Numbered from the stretch's first letter, positions 24,001-36,110 are shown. The stretch is 64,000 bases of DNA from Callorhinchus milii (GCF_018977255.1 NW_024704742.1:26724001-26788000); one strand, 5' to 3'. Translations and numbers: made by a program. Notes: generated by a model not told the origin, from the sequence alone.

Positions 24001-27000
24001 ACAAATCTGAGCCTTTAAATTTCGCCTCTCCCCGTTTGCACAAAAACAGGGGGAGGGGGATTTGTGGTATCAAAACAACTATCAACTCTGTATCAATAGC
24101 ACTTTAATGCTGTTCATTCCACAATCTTATGGCCCTTTGTGTAAAGATTTTTTTTTCTCTGGTCTTCCCTTTCACCAGCTTAGCTCTAGTTTTAATAAGT
24201 AGCAATTAACACACCATTTAATAGTATGAAGCACAGCTGCAGATGCTTGTTGAGTGCAAACTATGACCTCTGGAGAATTTGGGCCTGTCTACAAAACTGA
24301 GAGCCAGGAGCAGTCAGACTGATGATAATTCAGTGTGAAAATCTTGCATTTAAACCCATTGCTTTCTTTTCTTCTCTTTAAGTGGTGAGTGATGCTGTGA
24401 ACAAAATAAACTGTGAAGAAAACCGTGCGGAAGAAAGAAATCCGGAGAGCTTGTCTTCAAGAGGCTCATCTCAGTGGGTAAGTAACAGTGTTGTCTATTA
24501 ATAGCACAGTTCATCTCTGTGGAACCACTCTAAGTAGAGATGCAACACACCTACATCACATGACCATTAATAATAATAATAATCCTTGCATTTGATATAG
24601 CGCGTTTCACGTCGGGAGGACGTCCCAAAGCGCTTCACAGAATATACTGTAAAGTGAATTGACTGTATATTTGTGGGCGAACGCGGCAGCCAATTGCGCA
24701 CAGCAATGTCCCACAAACAGTCGTAGATTGTAAATGACCAATTTATTATTGTTTTTGGTTTTTTGGAGGGATTATTATTAGGCGTGTGGAGTAAGGAAAC
24801 TTGCCTAAGGTTTCGCCCTCTGCCTGGAATTGAACTCAGGTCTCTCGCTTGCAAAGCGAGTGCTCTAACCACTGAGCTACAGGACTCCATTGCACATTCA
24901 ATACGCATTGTTGGAAAAATAGTGTTGAATATGTTTTATCTGATGAGAAAACTGAAGTATTATAAACATGAGAAAAGGTCTTTCAGTGAGTTTGAACCAG
25001 TAATTCAATCTCAGGGTTCTTGTGAACTACAGGGTTTGGGGAAAGGACAGGTAAATGGGACTGAAAAGGGATTGCTCTTAAAAGAGCTGGCACAGACACG
25101 ATGGACCAAATGGCTCCTTCTTTGCTATAAAGGTCTTTGATTCTAAACATACATTCGGTGTTAGATCTTTGTTCTTGTGGTTTATAACCTCATAAGAATT
25201 ACACCAACAAAATTATATTTGTATAGCGCCTTTCACATCGGGAGGAAGTCCCAAGGTGCTGGACAGACAGAGTTACAGACCTGAGCTTAGGGTCTGGGTG
25301 GGGGAGGGCAGTGGGGGGAAACAGGGAGATCAAAAGCATGGTCAAAGAGGAGGGTCTTGAGGTGGGTCTTGAAGGTGGCGAGGGAGGAGGCGAGATGGAG
25401 GGACGACAGGATGGAGTTCCAGAGGGTGGGTGCAGAGTGGGGGAACGCCCGCCGCCAATAGTGGGCCGAGTAAGACGGGTGATGTGAAGCAGGCTGGAGC
25501 CCGCTGAGCGGAAGGAGCAAACAGGGTAGTACGGGGTTAAGAAGTCGGAGAGGTAGTGGGGAACAAGACCATGGAGGGCTTTGAAGGTGAGGACCAGGAT
25601 CTTGAACTGTATCCTCTGTGTGATGGGAAGCCAGTGGAGTTGGGCAAGGATGGGGATGATAGGATCGCGGAACCTAGTGCGGGAGAGGACACGGGGTGAA
25701 AAATTCTGGATGGTTTACAGCCTGTGGAGGAAGGAGTTAGGGAGGCCGACAAGCAGTGAGTTTGCAAAGTCGAGCCTCGATGTAAGGTGTATATGAGGGT
25801 TTCGGTGGCCTACGGTGTGAGACAGTGTCGGAGCCGGGCAACAGTAATTGCCGCTACCATAACTCATTTTTAACTAATTCTTATCAACGTGACATTTGAC
25901 AACATTTTACTCTGATACGATTGTCCTGTGATATTACAATGGAGTGGGAACTTTTTTTTGCACTGAGTAAAGTTTCAATCATGTACCTTGTGGGAGGGTC
26001 TTGATCTATTGCAAGTGTAAAATGAGTCAGTCTGTTGGGACACGCACATCCGTGTTCTAATACGCCTCCGTGTTGTCTCGGCATTCTTACACCATTTTCT
26101 TTACTCTTTACACCATTTTCACCATAAGACTGACAAGATTTATATTAGGGAGAGGTTATGCTGCCAGACTATAAATTACAGAGATTTGGATGGAGTAATG
26201 GTCTTCTGCTGTCTGATATTGTTACTGTCTGTTTGTATTCTTGCCACTATATCAATTTATCACAGATATCCACCACCTTTGGGAGGTCAATATTTTAATA
26301 TATATTTCTAAATTTTTCTCATTTTAACCTAACTAGGATCAATATTCCCTTGTGACGTTTACAACGTATTATTATTAGAGTTTTCTATTATCAGCACACA
26401 GTGGGGTCTAATTTGTGTGATTCGTGAAAGGATTTGAAAATATCTAATGCTGCTCGTTCCTGTCTGTGACTCGATGCTGATCCTCACCAGGAGTCCCGTT
26501 TGGCTACAGTCTGACTTTTGAGCAGAGTGGGTCAACATGAGACACATCTGGGTATCTACAGGATTCACTACTTACAAAGTATTGTACAATCCATTGGGCA
26601 AGACTACAAAGAGGAACTTTTTTTTATTGCAGTGACATGGATATAAAAATGTAATAACAGAATGTCTTTATCTGAGCCCTTTCTAAGCTTTAAACTTATT
26701 CTCACATTTTGTAGTGCTATTTATTATAAATGCACCCAGCTAATGCATTGAAAAGGCACCTCTCATGAGTAGCTGAGCTCTCTTCCTCAAAAGTGTGTAA
26801 AAAAACAGAATTGATTGGCCTGTTAGTGGACTCTAGGAGTCATGTTTGCAGCAAGCAGAATATCTTGTCCTGAGTGCCTTAGCTCCAATCTCAGAAGCTT
26901 ACTCTTTTATGTTCCAGTGTGATTTTTCCATTTCTCAAACAAATTATTCTTGTGGCTTTTCTAAGTGTGAGTGATACCTTAGTACCAATTAGTATAATTT

Positions 27001-28234
27001 TATAATAATAATGATACTCATAATACTTGCATTTGATATGGGTCAGTTCATGCAAAAAGTTTGGTTGTTAGGATCTGGGATGATGTGGCCCAAACTAAGA
27101 GCCAAATTTAAGCTATGAGAGAGGAAAATTTCATCTCATCACTGTTCTATGATAATAATAATAATAATAATCCTTGCATTTGATATAGCGCTTTTCACGT
27201 CGGGAGGACGTCCCAAAGCGCCTCACAGAACACACTGTAAAGTGAATTGACTGTATATTTGTGGGCGAACGCAGCAGCCAATTGCGCACAGCAATGTCCC
27301 ACAAACAGTCGTAGATTGAAAATGACCAATTTTTATTATTATTTTTGGAGGGATTATTATTAGGCGTGTGATGTGATTTTACAGAGTCATGTAAACATGC
27401 AAAAATTTACAGAATCTTTTTACATCAAGACTGTGTCCTAACACATTGCATCGTCCTGAGACCCTATGTTTAATGTACCTAAAACAATGAACAATGTAGA
27501 GTCCTGTAGCTCAGTGGTTAGAGCGCTCCCCTCACAAGCGAGCGATCTGGGTTTGATTCCCGGCAGGGCGAAACGTTGGGCAAGTTTCCTCAAACCACAC
27601 ACCTCTGTTTACCTAGCAGTAAGTAGGAATCCAATTGGTGGATTGCTTTTCTGGGGGTAATAATTCTTTCAAAAAAATAATAAATTGGTCACTCAATCCA
27701 CGACTGTTTGTGGGACACCGCCAGGTGGAATTGGCTGCCAAGTTTTGCCCACAAAATATACAGTCGATTCACTTTACAGTATATTCTGTGAAGTGCTTTG
27801 AGATGTCTCAAAGACGTGATAAGGGGCTACATCAAATGCAAGGATCATTATTATAATGCAAGATTTTCTACGTGTTACAAAAAGCATCATTGTCGTTTGC
27901 ACTGTGCAGGTCTCATGGAACATGATGCTAAACATATCAGCAGCATCAGTTTAGAAAAGACTCGATCTTCCAAAAGTTTGTAAACAACAAATCAATTTGG
28001 GTAAAATTCCCTTCCAGGGATGATGAGTGAAGCAAGTCCAGCCTAAGGTGCTTCATAATTGTAACCTAACTATTAAATTGGGAAAAGAATATTGTGCTTC
28101 TAACTTCATTATTATCACACTGAAGTCTATACAACTAACACGTAACATCCTGGATTTTTCAGATGGCCTCAACACTGTATGAATCCATTGATTATTTTGC
28201 TGTCAAGGAAGATGAAAACAAGGAATCTAATTGA
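18015..28234 (+). CDS. TMIGD2-like: Gene B: complete 5-exon, 231-aa type I receptor (leader, V, TM, two cytoplasmic exons) of CD28H/TMIGD2-like type with ITSM/ITIM-like tail
   Basis: join(18015..18090,18395..18733,23460..23573,24383..24477,28163..28234) = 696 nt open frame. All introns GT-AG, phases 1,1,1,0. Confidence 0.85.
18395..18733 (+). CDS. TMIGD2-like: Gene B exon 2: Ig V-set (VJ-type) domain
   Basis: 339 nt, phase 1-1. Differs from 4848-5186 at 6 nt / 4 aa. Four N-glycosylation sequons (NIS, NLS, NDT, NGT). Confidence 0.93.
20493..20815 (+). mobile_element. tRNA-derived SINE
   Basis: Head gtcctgtagctcagtggttagagc, shared body, AT-rich tail. Confidence 0.85.
21195..21665 (-). mobile_element. 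CR1 LINE 3' fragment
   Basis: Minus-strand [36 protein letters not shown]; 8-bp repeat tail aatcgtaa on + strand. Confidence 0.9.
22247..22740 (-). mobile_element. DeuSINE-like (SacSINE1-type) SINE interrupted by an inverted duplication
   Basis: Reverse complement of tcagcctggctcagtt..ggatgagacattaaac..cctgttcagg..catggcac; shared SINE tail. Confidence 0.7.
22960..23306 (+). mobile_element. DeuSINE-like SINE
   Basis: ctgagtcagaatgttgtgg..ggatgagatgttgaac..cctgttcaggtggacgttaaag..gtgtcctgacc; shared tail. Confidence 0.7.
23460..23573 (+). CDS. TMIGD2-like: Gene B exon 3: uncharged transmembrane segment
   Basis: Acceptor tttccatag|, donor CAAG|gtgtgt. [38 protein letters not shown]; 114 nt, phase 1-1. 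Confidence 0.88.
24383..24477 (+). CDS. TMIGD2-like: Gene B exon 4: cytoplasmic
   Basis: Long pyrimidine tract ..ctctttaag|, donor TGG|gtaagt. [32 protein letters not shown]; phase 1-0. Confidence 0.85.
24567..24888 (-). mobile_element. tRNA-derived SINE, young short variant, full length
   Basis: Full family match. Confidence 0.92.
25205..25845 (-). mobile_element. L2 LINE 3' fragment
   Basis: Minus-strand [29 protein letters not shown]; homologous to the 3' part of the L2 at 36140-38745. Confidence 0.85.
27152..27855. mobile_element. Two tRNA-SINEs in opposite orientation (27152-27370 -, 27497-27855 +)
   Basis: Family match of both copies. Confidence 0.85.
28163..28234 (+). CDS. TMIGD2-like: Gene B exon 5: terminal cytoplasmic exon [23 protein letters not shown]
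   Basis: Acceptor gatttttcag|, phase 0. Contains TxYxxI (TLYESI) and IxYxxV (IDYFAV); TGA at 28232-28234. Confidence 0.8.
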   Translation: MASTLYESIDYFAVKEDENKESN

Positions 28235-28378
28235 AGAGCCTGGAACAGCTGGTTTTCTTCACCTGGGGCTTTGTGTAAGAAGAAAAGGACTTTTCAAAAA
28301 AAAAAACAGCAGAAACAATTTGTGTTTTCATGTTTTTCATACAATTTCAGAAAGACTTATCTGTTGGCATTAAGTGAT

Positions 28379-28384
28379 AATAAA
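28379..28384 (+). terminator. Candidate polyadenylation signal of gene B
   Basis: AATAAA 145 nt after the stop, followed by GT-rich sequence; a second AATAAA at 28737-28742. Confidence 0.5.
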
Positions 28385-30050
28385 GTGTATTGTTTCTGGA
28401 AGCGTGGTCAAGGCCATGTGATGGAGTTGTGCACTAAAGAGGGAAATTTTGCCTTTTATATTATTAAAAGTGATTGGTTGGTGGTGCTGTGTGCTGCAGC
28501 TTCAGAGTTCAATGTCAAAGTGCCAACAGGTAGGACGATCTTAGTCAGACAAACAGCAGGAAGTTTACCAGTACTCTCCAGCTGCATGTTATCAGTTGGT
28601 TAAACTCCCCGCAGTAACAAAACGCAATGTGGAGTTCCCAAGTCTTCACTCTTGCCGACCTGTGCCTAAACCCTCTGGGATTAGATAAACAGTGCACCCC
28701 ACTGAGGGGGGGAGAATGTGCACTACATATTGCACCAATAAAAACGTACATAAGTGGAACTCTCCGTGTTTGGTTTACAGGCTTTGAAGCATCGTGATGG
28801 TTTTCCTCTTGTGTCAGACACTCACAAAACAATATGTGCTCCACTGTGAGTTCCCCGTGTCAGCATTGTCATGCAGGGAAGCAGCGAGTGAATGCTGACT
28901 GGCAATCTCCCCACAAGGGAGATCACTAAGAATAGTGTAGTGGAGTAACATCTTGCATCCTGCAGGTTTTTTTTGTTCAATACATTTGCTTCATCCCCAG
29001 ATTAAAAACTTCATATAGAATTGTCCATTTTTACAGCACAGGCAACAGGTTATATCAACCTGCATGAGGTATATCCATGCATGAGCCATCTAGTCTAACC
29101 CCAGTCTCCTGCTTGCTTCCAATAATCTTTAATATTCCCTTTTCAAAAGTTTTGAGCTTGGCTTTTTTTTTAATGTTCTTTTGATGTATTTTAATGTATA
29201 GTTGATATGGGAGGCACATTGACATGGTGTGTTGGAGCACCAGTTGATCAGCAAAGTTACATCCCTGCCTGTGGAGTGCCTGTTCTCAGCTGCTCTGCTT
29301 TGGGGGGAGCTCTCAGCAGAGACAAGAACCTGTTGCAGAGGAGGAAAAATCATTGAGAAACCATCCACTGGAAACACTGAGGTGTTTCCCTCAGGAAGCG
29401 ACAGACAGAGAAACCCATTATTCTGGATTATGCTGAAAAACCTCTACAGGACTCCAGTTGCAGGGCTTTAGTTTGCTGCTCTCCCATCCAGAAAATCCAT
29501 GGGGCAGGAAAATACAATTTTTTTTAGCAAAAATAGTGGCATGGATACAAAAATGTAATAAAACTACTTCTTGATCTGAGCTCTTTCTAAGCCTTGAACT
29601 TATTTTCAAGTTTAGTGGTGCTATTTAGTATAAATCTAATGTATTAAAAAAGGCACATCTTATGACTAGTTTTCTGTTTGGTAGAAACATACCAAGCTAA
29701 TGCGTTAAAAATGCAATCACACTTATACCATGAGTAGCCGAGCTCTCTTGCTGAAAATTATTGAACATTGTTTTTAGTTTTAAATATAGTGGAAGCTGCT
29801 ATGGCTGGATGCCAGTTAACTCCAGACGTTGGCGAAATTGGATAAAATGCCCCACTTTAAGCAGTTTCCAATGTATCAGAATTTTATCAGACTGTTAGTG
29901 ACCTCTGCGACCATGTTTGCAGCAAGCAGAATATCTTGCTTGAAGTGCCTTAGCTCCAATCTCAGAAGCTCACTCTTTTATATTCCATTGTGATATTTCC
30001 ATTTCTCAAACAAACCATTCTCAAGCTTCGACCACAAAATATACAGTTAG

Positions 30051-30345
30051 AATAATAATAATAATAATCCTTGCATTTGATATAGCGCTTTTCACGTCGG
30101 GAGGACGTCCCAAAGCGCTTCACAGAACACACTGTAAAGTGAATTGACTGTATATTTGTGGGCAAACGCGGCAGCCAATTGCGCACAGCAATGTCCCACA
30201 AACAGTCATAGATTGAAAATGACCAATTTTTATTATTGTTTTGGTTTTGGAGGGATTATTATTAGGCTCTGTGTGGAGTAAGGAAACTTGCCCAAGGTTT
30301 CGCCCTGCCTGGAATTGAACTCGGGTCTCTCACTTGCAAAGCGAG
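30051..30345 (-). mobile_element. tRNA-derived SINE, young short variant
   Basis: Family match. Confidence 0.9.
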
Positions 30346-31088
30346 TTAATTCACTTTACAGTATATTCTATGAAGTGCTTTATGATGTCTCAATGACATG
30401 ACAAAGCACTACATCAAATGTAAGGATTATTATTATAAGATATCAATCCTGTACTAGGGGTGTGAAATATGCAATATTGAATTATTACTGCTGATTTCAC
30501 TCGTGGTAATGTTCTAGTCATCTTATTTCAGATGGTCTCAGTTGCTGACTCTGCTCCAAACACTGCTACAAAATTGCCTGGGAATGTTTACACCATAGCT
30601 CCTGACCCGTTTGGCAATTTTTTTTAATATATGCAAGAATTATTTTGATTTCCATCAGGATCAATTACGCATTGATTGGCATCATGTTAGTATGAATGAA
30701 TGGCTGAGTGAATAACATTACACTGGAATAACAATAAGATGGAATGTCTTTGTGAAGTACCATAGGTTAATGATTTATTTGTATTCAATCAGCCAACAGA
30801 CTAGTTCGGTAATTCCTCGCAGGCAGCAGTGTCGGTTATAAGTGTCATTACTTGACATTTAAAACAAAGATATGCTCAAGAAAAAACTCAACTGAAAGAT
30901 AGAAAAGGGATGTTAAGCTCCATTGTGATTGTAACATTTGTAACTGTTAACTTGACAGAGATGGATTTGCTTGTTAAATATTTTAAATAAAATAATAACA
31001 TTTAATTGTTACATTTGATATTGTGCTGAGTGTGTGTATGTGTGTATATATATATACACAGATATAGGGAGGACATCTGGAAGTGTTT

Positions 31089-31430
31089 ATAATAATAATC
31101 CTTGCATTTGGTATAGCGCCTTATTACGCCATTGAGAATATATTGTAAAGTGGATTGACCATGTATTTTGTGGGCGAAAAGCGGGAGCCAATTGGACACA
31201 GCAATGTCCAACAAACAGTCGTGGATTGAGTGACCAAATAATATTTTTTTGGAGGGATTATTACCCCCGGAAAGCGATCTGCCAATCGACCAACAACCAG
31301 GTTCCTACTTAATGGTAGGTAAACAGGTGTGTGGAATAAGGAAACTTGGCTAACGTTTCTCCCTGCCCGGGAATCAAATATGGGTCCTCTTGCTGGCGAG
31401 GTGAGTGCACTAACCATTGTGCTACGGGAC
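31089..31430 (-). mobile_element. tRNA-derived SINE, long variant
   Basis: Family match including the internal gttgttggtcgattggc segment. Confidence 0.85.
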
Positions 31431-32224
31431 ACCACAGAGCAGTAATATCACAACACAAACCATTAACGTTGCATTCCTCTGTTTTTAAAAACACAGGTTG
31501 GTGCCCACTTCCAATGATTTTGTTTCACAGGATATACTGTAAAGTGATTGCGTTTTGTGGGCAAATGTTTCCTTCAAACATGGTTAGTTCGCTTAAGATG
31601 ACATTCAAAGATAAAGAGATATGGGTTGTAAAATGTCACACTGAAATGGGTTATTCTTTTGAGGATGAGGTATATTTCTGCGAAAATACATGATGGGAAT
31701 CATCATCACTTCCAAAAAAACGATGGAGAACCATAAAAGGAACAATCTGTTTCCTGAACTAAAGGTTATTGGTGAAAAAGTGATCAGGAGTGAAGATCAC
31801 ATGTTTAATCTCGGTTTCAATCCAGAACCACCTCACAGCTCTCATTTGTAACTTGTCATACCAAGAGGAAGATATAATGCTTTTTGAACACGTACTAGAC
31901 CAAACCATTAGCTATGCAGTGCAAATAAAACACCCTGATATCTTCAGACTGTGAGAATCCTAAAGGAACGGAAACAGAGCAGTAATGTCACAGTACTATT
32001 AAGATTGCATCTTCTTTTTAAAAAAAGCAGGTTTGTGCATCATGTATCACATTGGAAGGTAAAGCCCACTTCTAAGCTAATTACTTTGTGAATTGGTTGG
32101 TTGGTTCCAATCTTGCAATGAAATATGTGCACGTTTCCAAATGTTGGCATTGATTTTTATGCATTCTTCATATAACATTTCAATGAAAACAATTAAGTGC
32201 AATGTTCTTGTTAAAGAGCTGCTA

Positions 32225-34430
32225 CAACAACAACAAGATTCCATTTATAGAGCGCCTTTCACGTCGGGAGGACGTCCCAAGCCGCTGGACAGTTGGGTCA
32301 GGACCCGAGCAGGGGGGAAATGGTCAGGGTGAGGGGAGGGAAGGGAGGGAGCGAGGAGGGGGTAGAGAGTCGAGAGGGGAGCTGAAGGCAAGGTCAAAGA
32401 GAAAGGTCTTGAGACCAGCCTTGAAGGAGGAAAGGGAGGAGGCGGCGAAGGCACTGGGGGATGGAGTTCCAGAGCCTAGGGGCTGAGAGGCTGAAGGCCC
32501 GGCCACCGATGGTAGGGCGGTTGGGGCGGGGGATGTGGAGCAGACCGGAGCCAGAGGAACGGAGGGTACAGGCAGGAAGGTAGGGGGATAGTAGCACGTT
32601 GAGCTGAAGAAAGTTGTCTCTCGTCCAGGATTCGATGTCGGACAGGCAGCTGTCAGGACATCGGTGGTCATGGAGTTGAGGGTAGAGGAGGAAAGGTAGA
32701 GTTGGGTGTCATCCGCATACATGTGGAAGTTAACCCCATGTCTGCGGATGATGTCACCAAGGGGGAGCATGTAGAGGATGAAGAGGAGGGGACCGAGGAC
32801 AGAGCCTTGAGGGACACCGCACGAGACAGTGCGGGGGGTGGAGGAAAAACCATTCGTGGAAACAAAGTGAAGACGGTGGAAGAGGTACGACCTAAACCAC
32901 TCAAGGACAGGGCCTTGAAGGTTGAGGTGGGAGGACAAGCGGTGGAGGAGGATAGCATGGTCGACCGTATCGAATGCTGCTGATAGGACGAGGAGGCAGA
33001 GGGAGCCCTGGTCACAGATGGTTAGGATGTCATTGGTGACCTTGACCAGGGCAGTTTCTGTGCTATGGGCAGCACGGAAACCCGACTGAAGGGGTTCGAA
33101 TAATGAATGGGTGGAGAGGAAAGAGCGCAGCTGGGAGGCGACAACTCGTTCCAGGACCTTGGACAGGAAGGGGAGGTTGGAGATGGGCCGGTAGCTTGAT
33201 AGCTGCGACGCATCAAGGGAGGGTTTTTTCAAGGTGGGAGTGATGGTGGCAGTTTTTAGGGGAATGGGAACAGAGCCAGAGGAGAGGGACAGGTTGATGA
33301 TGTCTGTGAGAAGTGGGGCAAGGAGGTGGAGCTGGGAGATAAGGAGTGGAGTGGGGATGGGGTCAAGGGAGCAGGTGGTGGGTTTCAGGGATAGGATGAG
33401 TTTGGTGACAGAGGGTGGGGAAACGGGTACGAAAGTGTGTAGGGGAGGATGGGTAGGAGTCAGAGTGTGGGAGGGAGGGGGTGGGTGGATGTTGGAGGGG
33501 AAGTGACCGCGGAGCGAATTCCCTTGATTTTGGATTCAAGGAAATCCAGCATCTCCTCGCAGTGAAGGTTGGAGGAGATGACCTTTGCGGGGTGGCGGGG
33601 AGGACGGAGGAGTTGGGATGTGGTAGAAAACAATAGCCTGGGGTTGTTCTTCGCCTACAGGATTATCCTGAAGTAGAAGGACGATTTGGCCGAGGCTAGA
33701 GTGGAGCGGTAGATTTTGAGGAGGTCCAGCCAGATTCGTCGGTGGACCGTTAGGCCAGATTTGACGCAGGTGCGTTCAGCGGCCCGCACCTGGCTCTTCA
33801 GTGAGCGGAGGTGGGTGGTGAACCGGGGGAGGAGCGAGAGTAGGAGACAGTACGGGAGGTGATGGGGGCAAGAGTGTCAAGTGTGGAGGAGAGGGTGTTG
33901 TGGAGGAGGGTGAGAGCAGAAGAGGGGTCAGTGAAGGTTGAAGGCCAGAGGGAGAGGAGTTCAGAGGACTCCAAGGCAGCGGTTAGGGATTGTGGGGGTA
34001 ACTTCTTCCAGGGACGGTAGAAGATGGTGGTGGGTCTGGTGGAGGTGGGGAGGGGGGTGGAGGTGGTGAAGGAGATGAAGTGGTGGTCGGAGACGGCCTT
34101 GTCGGTGATAGTGACATCCGAGACACTGAGGCCCTGGGTGATCACCAAGTTGAGTGGGTGGCCGTGACTGTGAGTGGGGGTGTTGACGTGGAGGGAGAGG
34201 TTGAGCGAGGAGAGCAGGGAAGAGAAATCTGAGGAGATTGAGCAGGAGGGGGTGAAGTGCAGGTTAAAGTCGCCCAGGATGATGAGGCGATCAGAGCAGA
34301 GGCAGAGAGATGTAAGAAGTGTCGAAATATCAGAGATGAAGGTGGGAGAGGTTTTAGGGGGCCGGTAGAGGAGGAGGATTTTGAGCGAGAGGAAGGAGGG
34401 GTGGGAGAGGGTGAGGTGCTCAAAAGAGCT
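32225..34430 (-). mobile_element. L2 LINE (ORF2 endonuclease/RT, internally deleted)
   Basis: [57 protein letters not shown]; (ttg)n tail. Confidence 0.95.
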
Positions 34431-35649
34431 TGCTAGCTTGTGTGTTAGCCTGGCACAGTGGTAGCAATCTGGCCTCTGAGTCAGAAGTTTGTGGGTTCCA
34501 GCCACACGTCGGGATTTGGAATCGCACAGTCTAATGTGACACTCCAATGCCGGCGGGGGGTGGGTGTTGCATTGACATAGATGTCATCATTCCGATGAGG
34601 TGTTAAACCAAGTCTGTTTCACCGGGGCTACTGATGTATGTGGCTAAACTGGCAGGAGTGAATGTGAAGGTTAATCGTTTTGAAGAACCACCACAACCCA
34701 CATGCAAGTCCGTACAGGAAGTGGAACTAGAAAGTGCAGCTCAACTGAAAGCTGTTAATGATGTAAACAGATGACTTATTGGGCAAATCAATTGGAAAAT
34801 AATGTGGTTTCTGCCAAATTATTTGTGTCCCTTTGAGTCGAGAAATAGAAACATATTGTTCCAAGCTGTCATAAATCGGACAATAATAAGCAATATGTGA
34901 CGAACAGAATGATCACTTTGAGCTGTGTTCCTACATCATGAAGGAAATGTGTGGTTATCTTTGCTGGGGTCTTGCTGCTTGCTTACGGATGTTTGGTTTG
35001 CCCTGACGCTGAGGTACAGTGGAACTGGACAACAACAGCTCGAGCAAATTGCAATTGCAGAATGACATTTCTGTAAACGAAAGTCTCAAAGTGTTCACAA
35101 GTGAGAGCATTGGACATTGAGCAAGGAGTACGAGAAATGGAAAGGGGATCAAAGACATAGGTGAAGAGATGGGTCTTTAAAAGCAGTGGGTTCTAAAGGG
35201 CAAGTAGTCCGGTTCATGAGCCAGGCGGGTCTGCAGTACTCCAGGGCATTACCGATGACAGCACCTGGCTCATTGGCAGGACTTGGAATGCCAGACCAGT
35301 CACCGAGGGCAGGGAGTCATCCCACTCAGCTCTTGTGAACCCTGTAGCAAGATATGTGATTTTAGTTGGTTAGGTTCCAGCCATACTCCAACACACACTC
35401 TGCCAGTCTACACCTAATACTTTCCAGATTTAGGTAAGCAGGATGTATCCCTCCAGGAAGAGAGTGCGCATTCCATTCCTCTAGCCCGAGCCTATTATTC
35501 CCACATCATTGGCGATATTCGCAATGTTTGAAGTGGTGGAATTTCCATGTGTTGATGTGATGCATGGAATACTCAGTTTGGTTTGGATACTCTTAAGCAT
35601 GGTGATAGGTTTCCACATGTGTCAGACACTTGACTGACCAAAAAAGAAA

Positions 35650-36110
35650 GAGGGCAGAAACAACAACAACAAAAAAATTACATTTCACATCGAGAGGACA
35701 TCCCAAGGTGCTGGACAGACAGAGTTACAGACCCGAGCTGATGGTCGGGGTGGGGGAGGGCAGGGCGGGAAGCAGGGAACAGCTGACAACTTGGGTCTTT
35801 GATGGTGGAGTAGAGGGAGTGAGCCAAAAGTAGTAAATGGAGGCAGAAGAGGTGAGTGTGTGGGCTGGGTCATGGCATAAGTGATTAATAGGAAGGAACC
35901 AAGAATAGAGTGGAGTTATGACTATCTTAGTGTGGGAGGAGATGTAGTGATGAAGACAGGGCAAGTAGGAGTGGAACCACGAATGAATGTCCCAGGAGAG
36001 TGGCCCACAGATGAGGTGATGGAAGAGAATAGAGAGATTAGCAGCATCAAAGGCAGCAGCAGGGCTAAGATTTGAGGGGTTGCTGAGACCCCTCTATCCC
36101 TAGCAAATGT
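35650..36110 (-). mobile_element. Degenerate L2 fragments
   Basis: L2-type 3' tail at 35660-35770 and RT-like purine-rich + strand. Confidence 0.6.
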
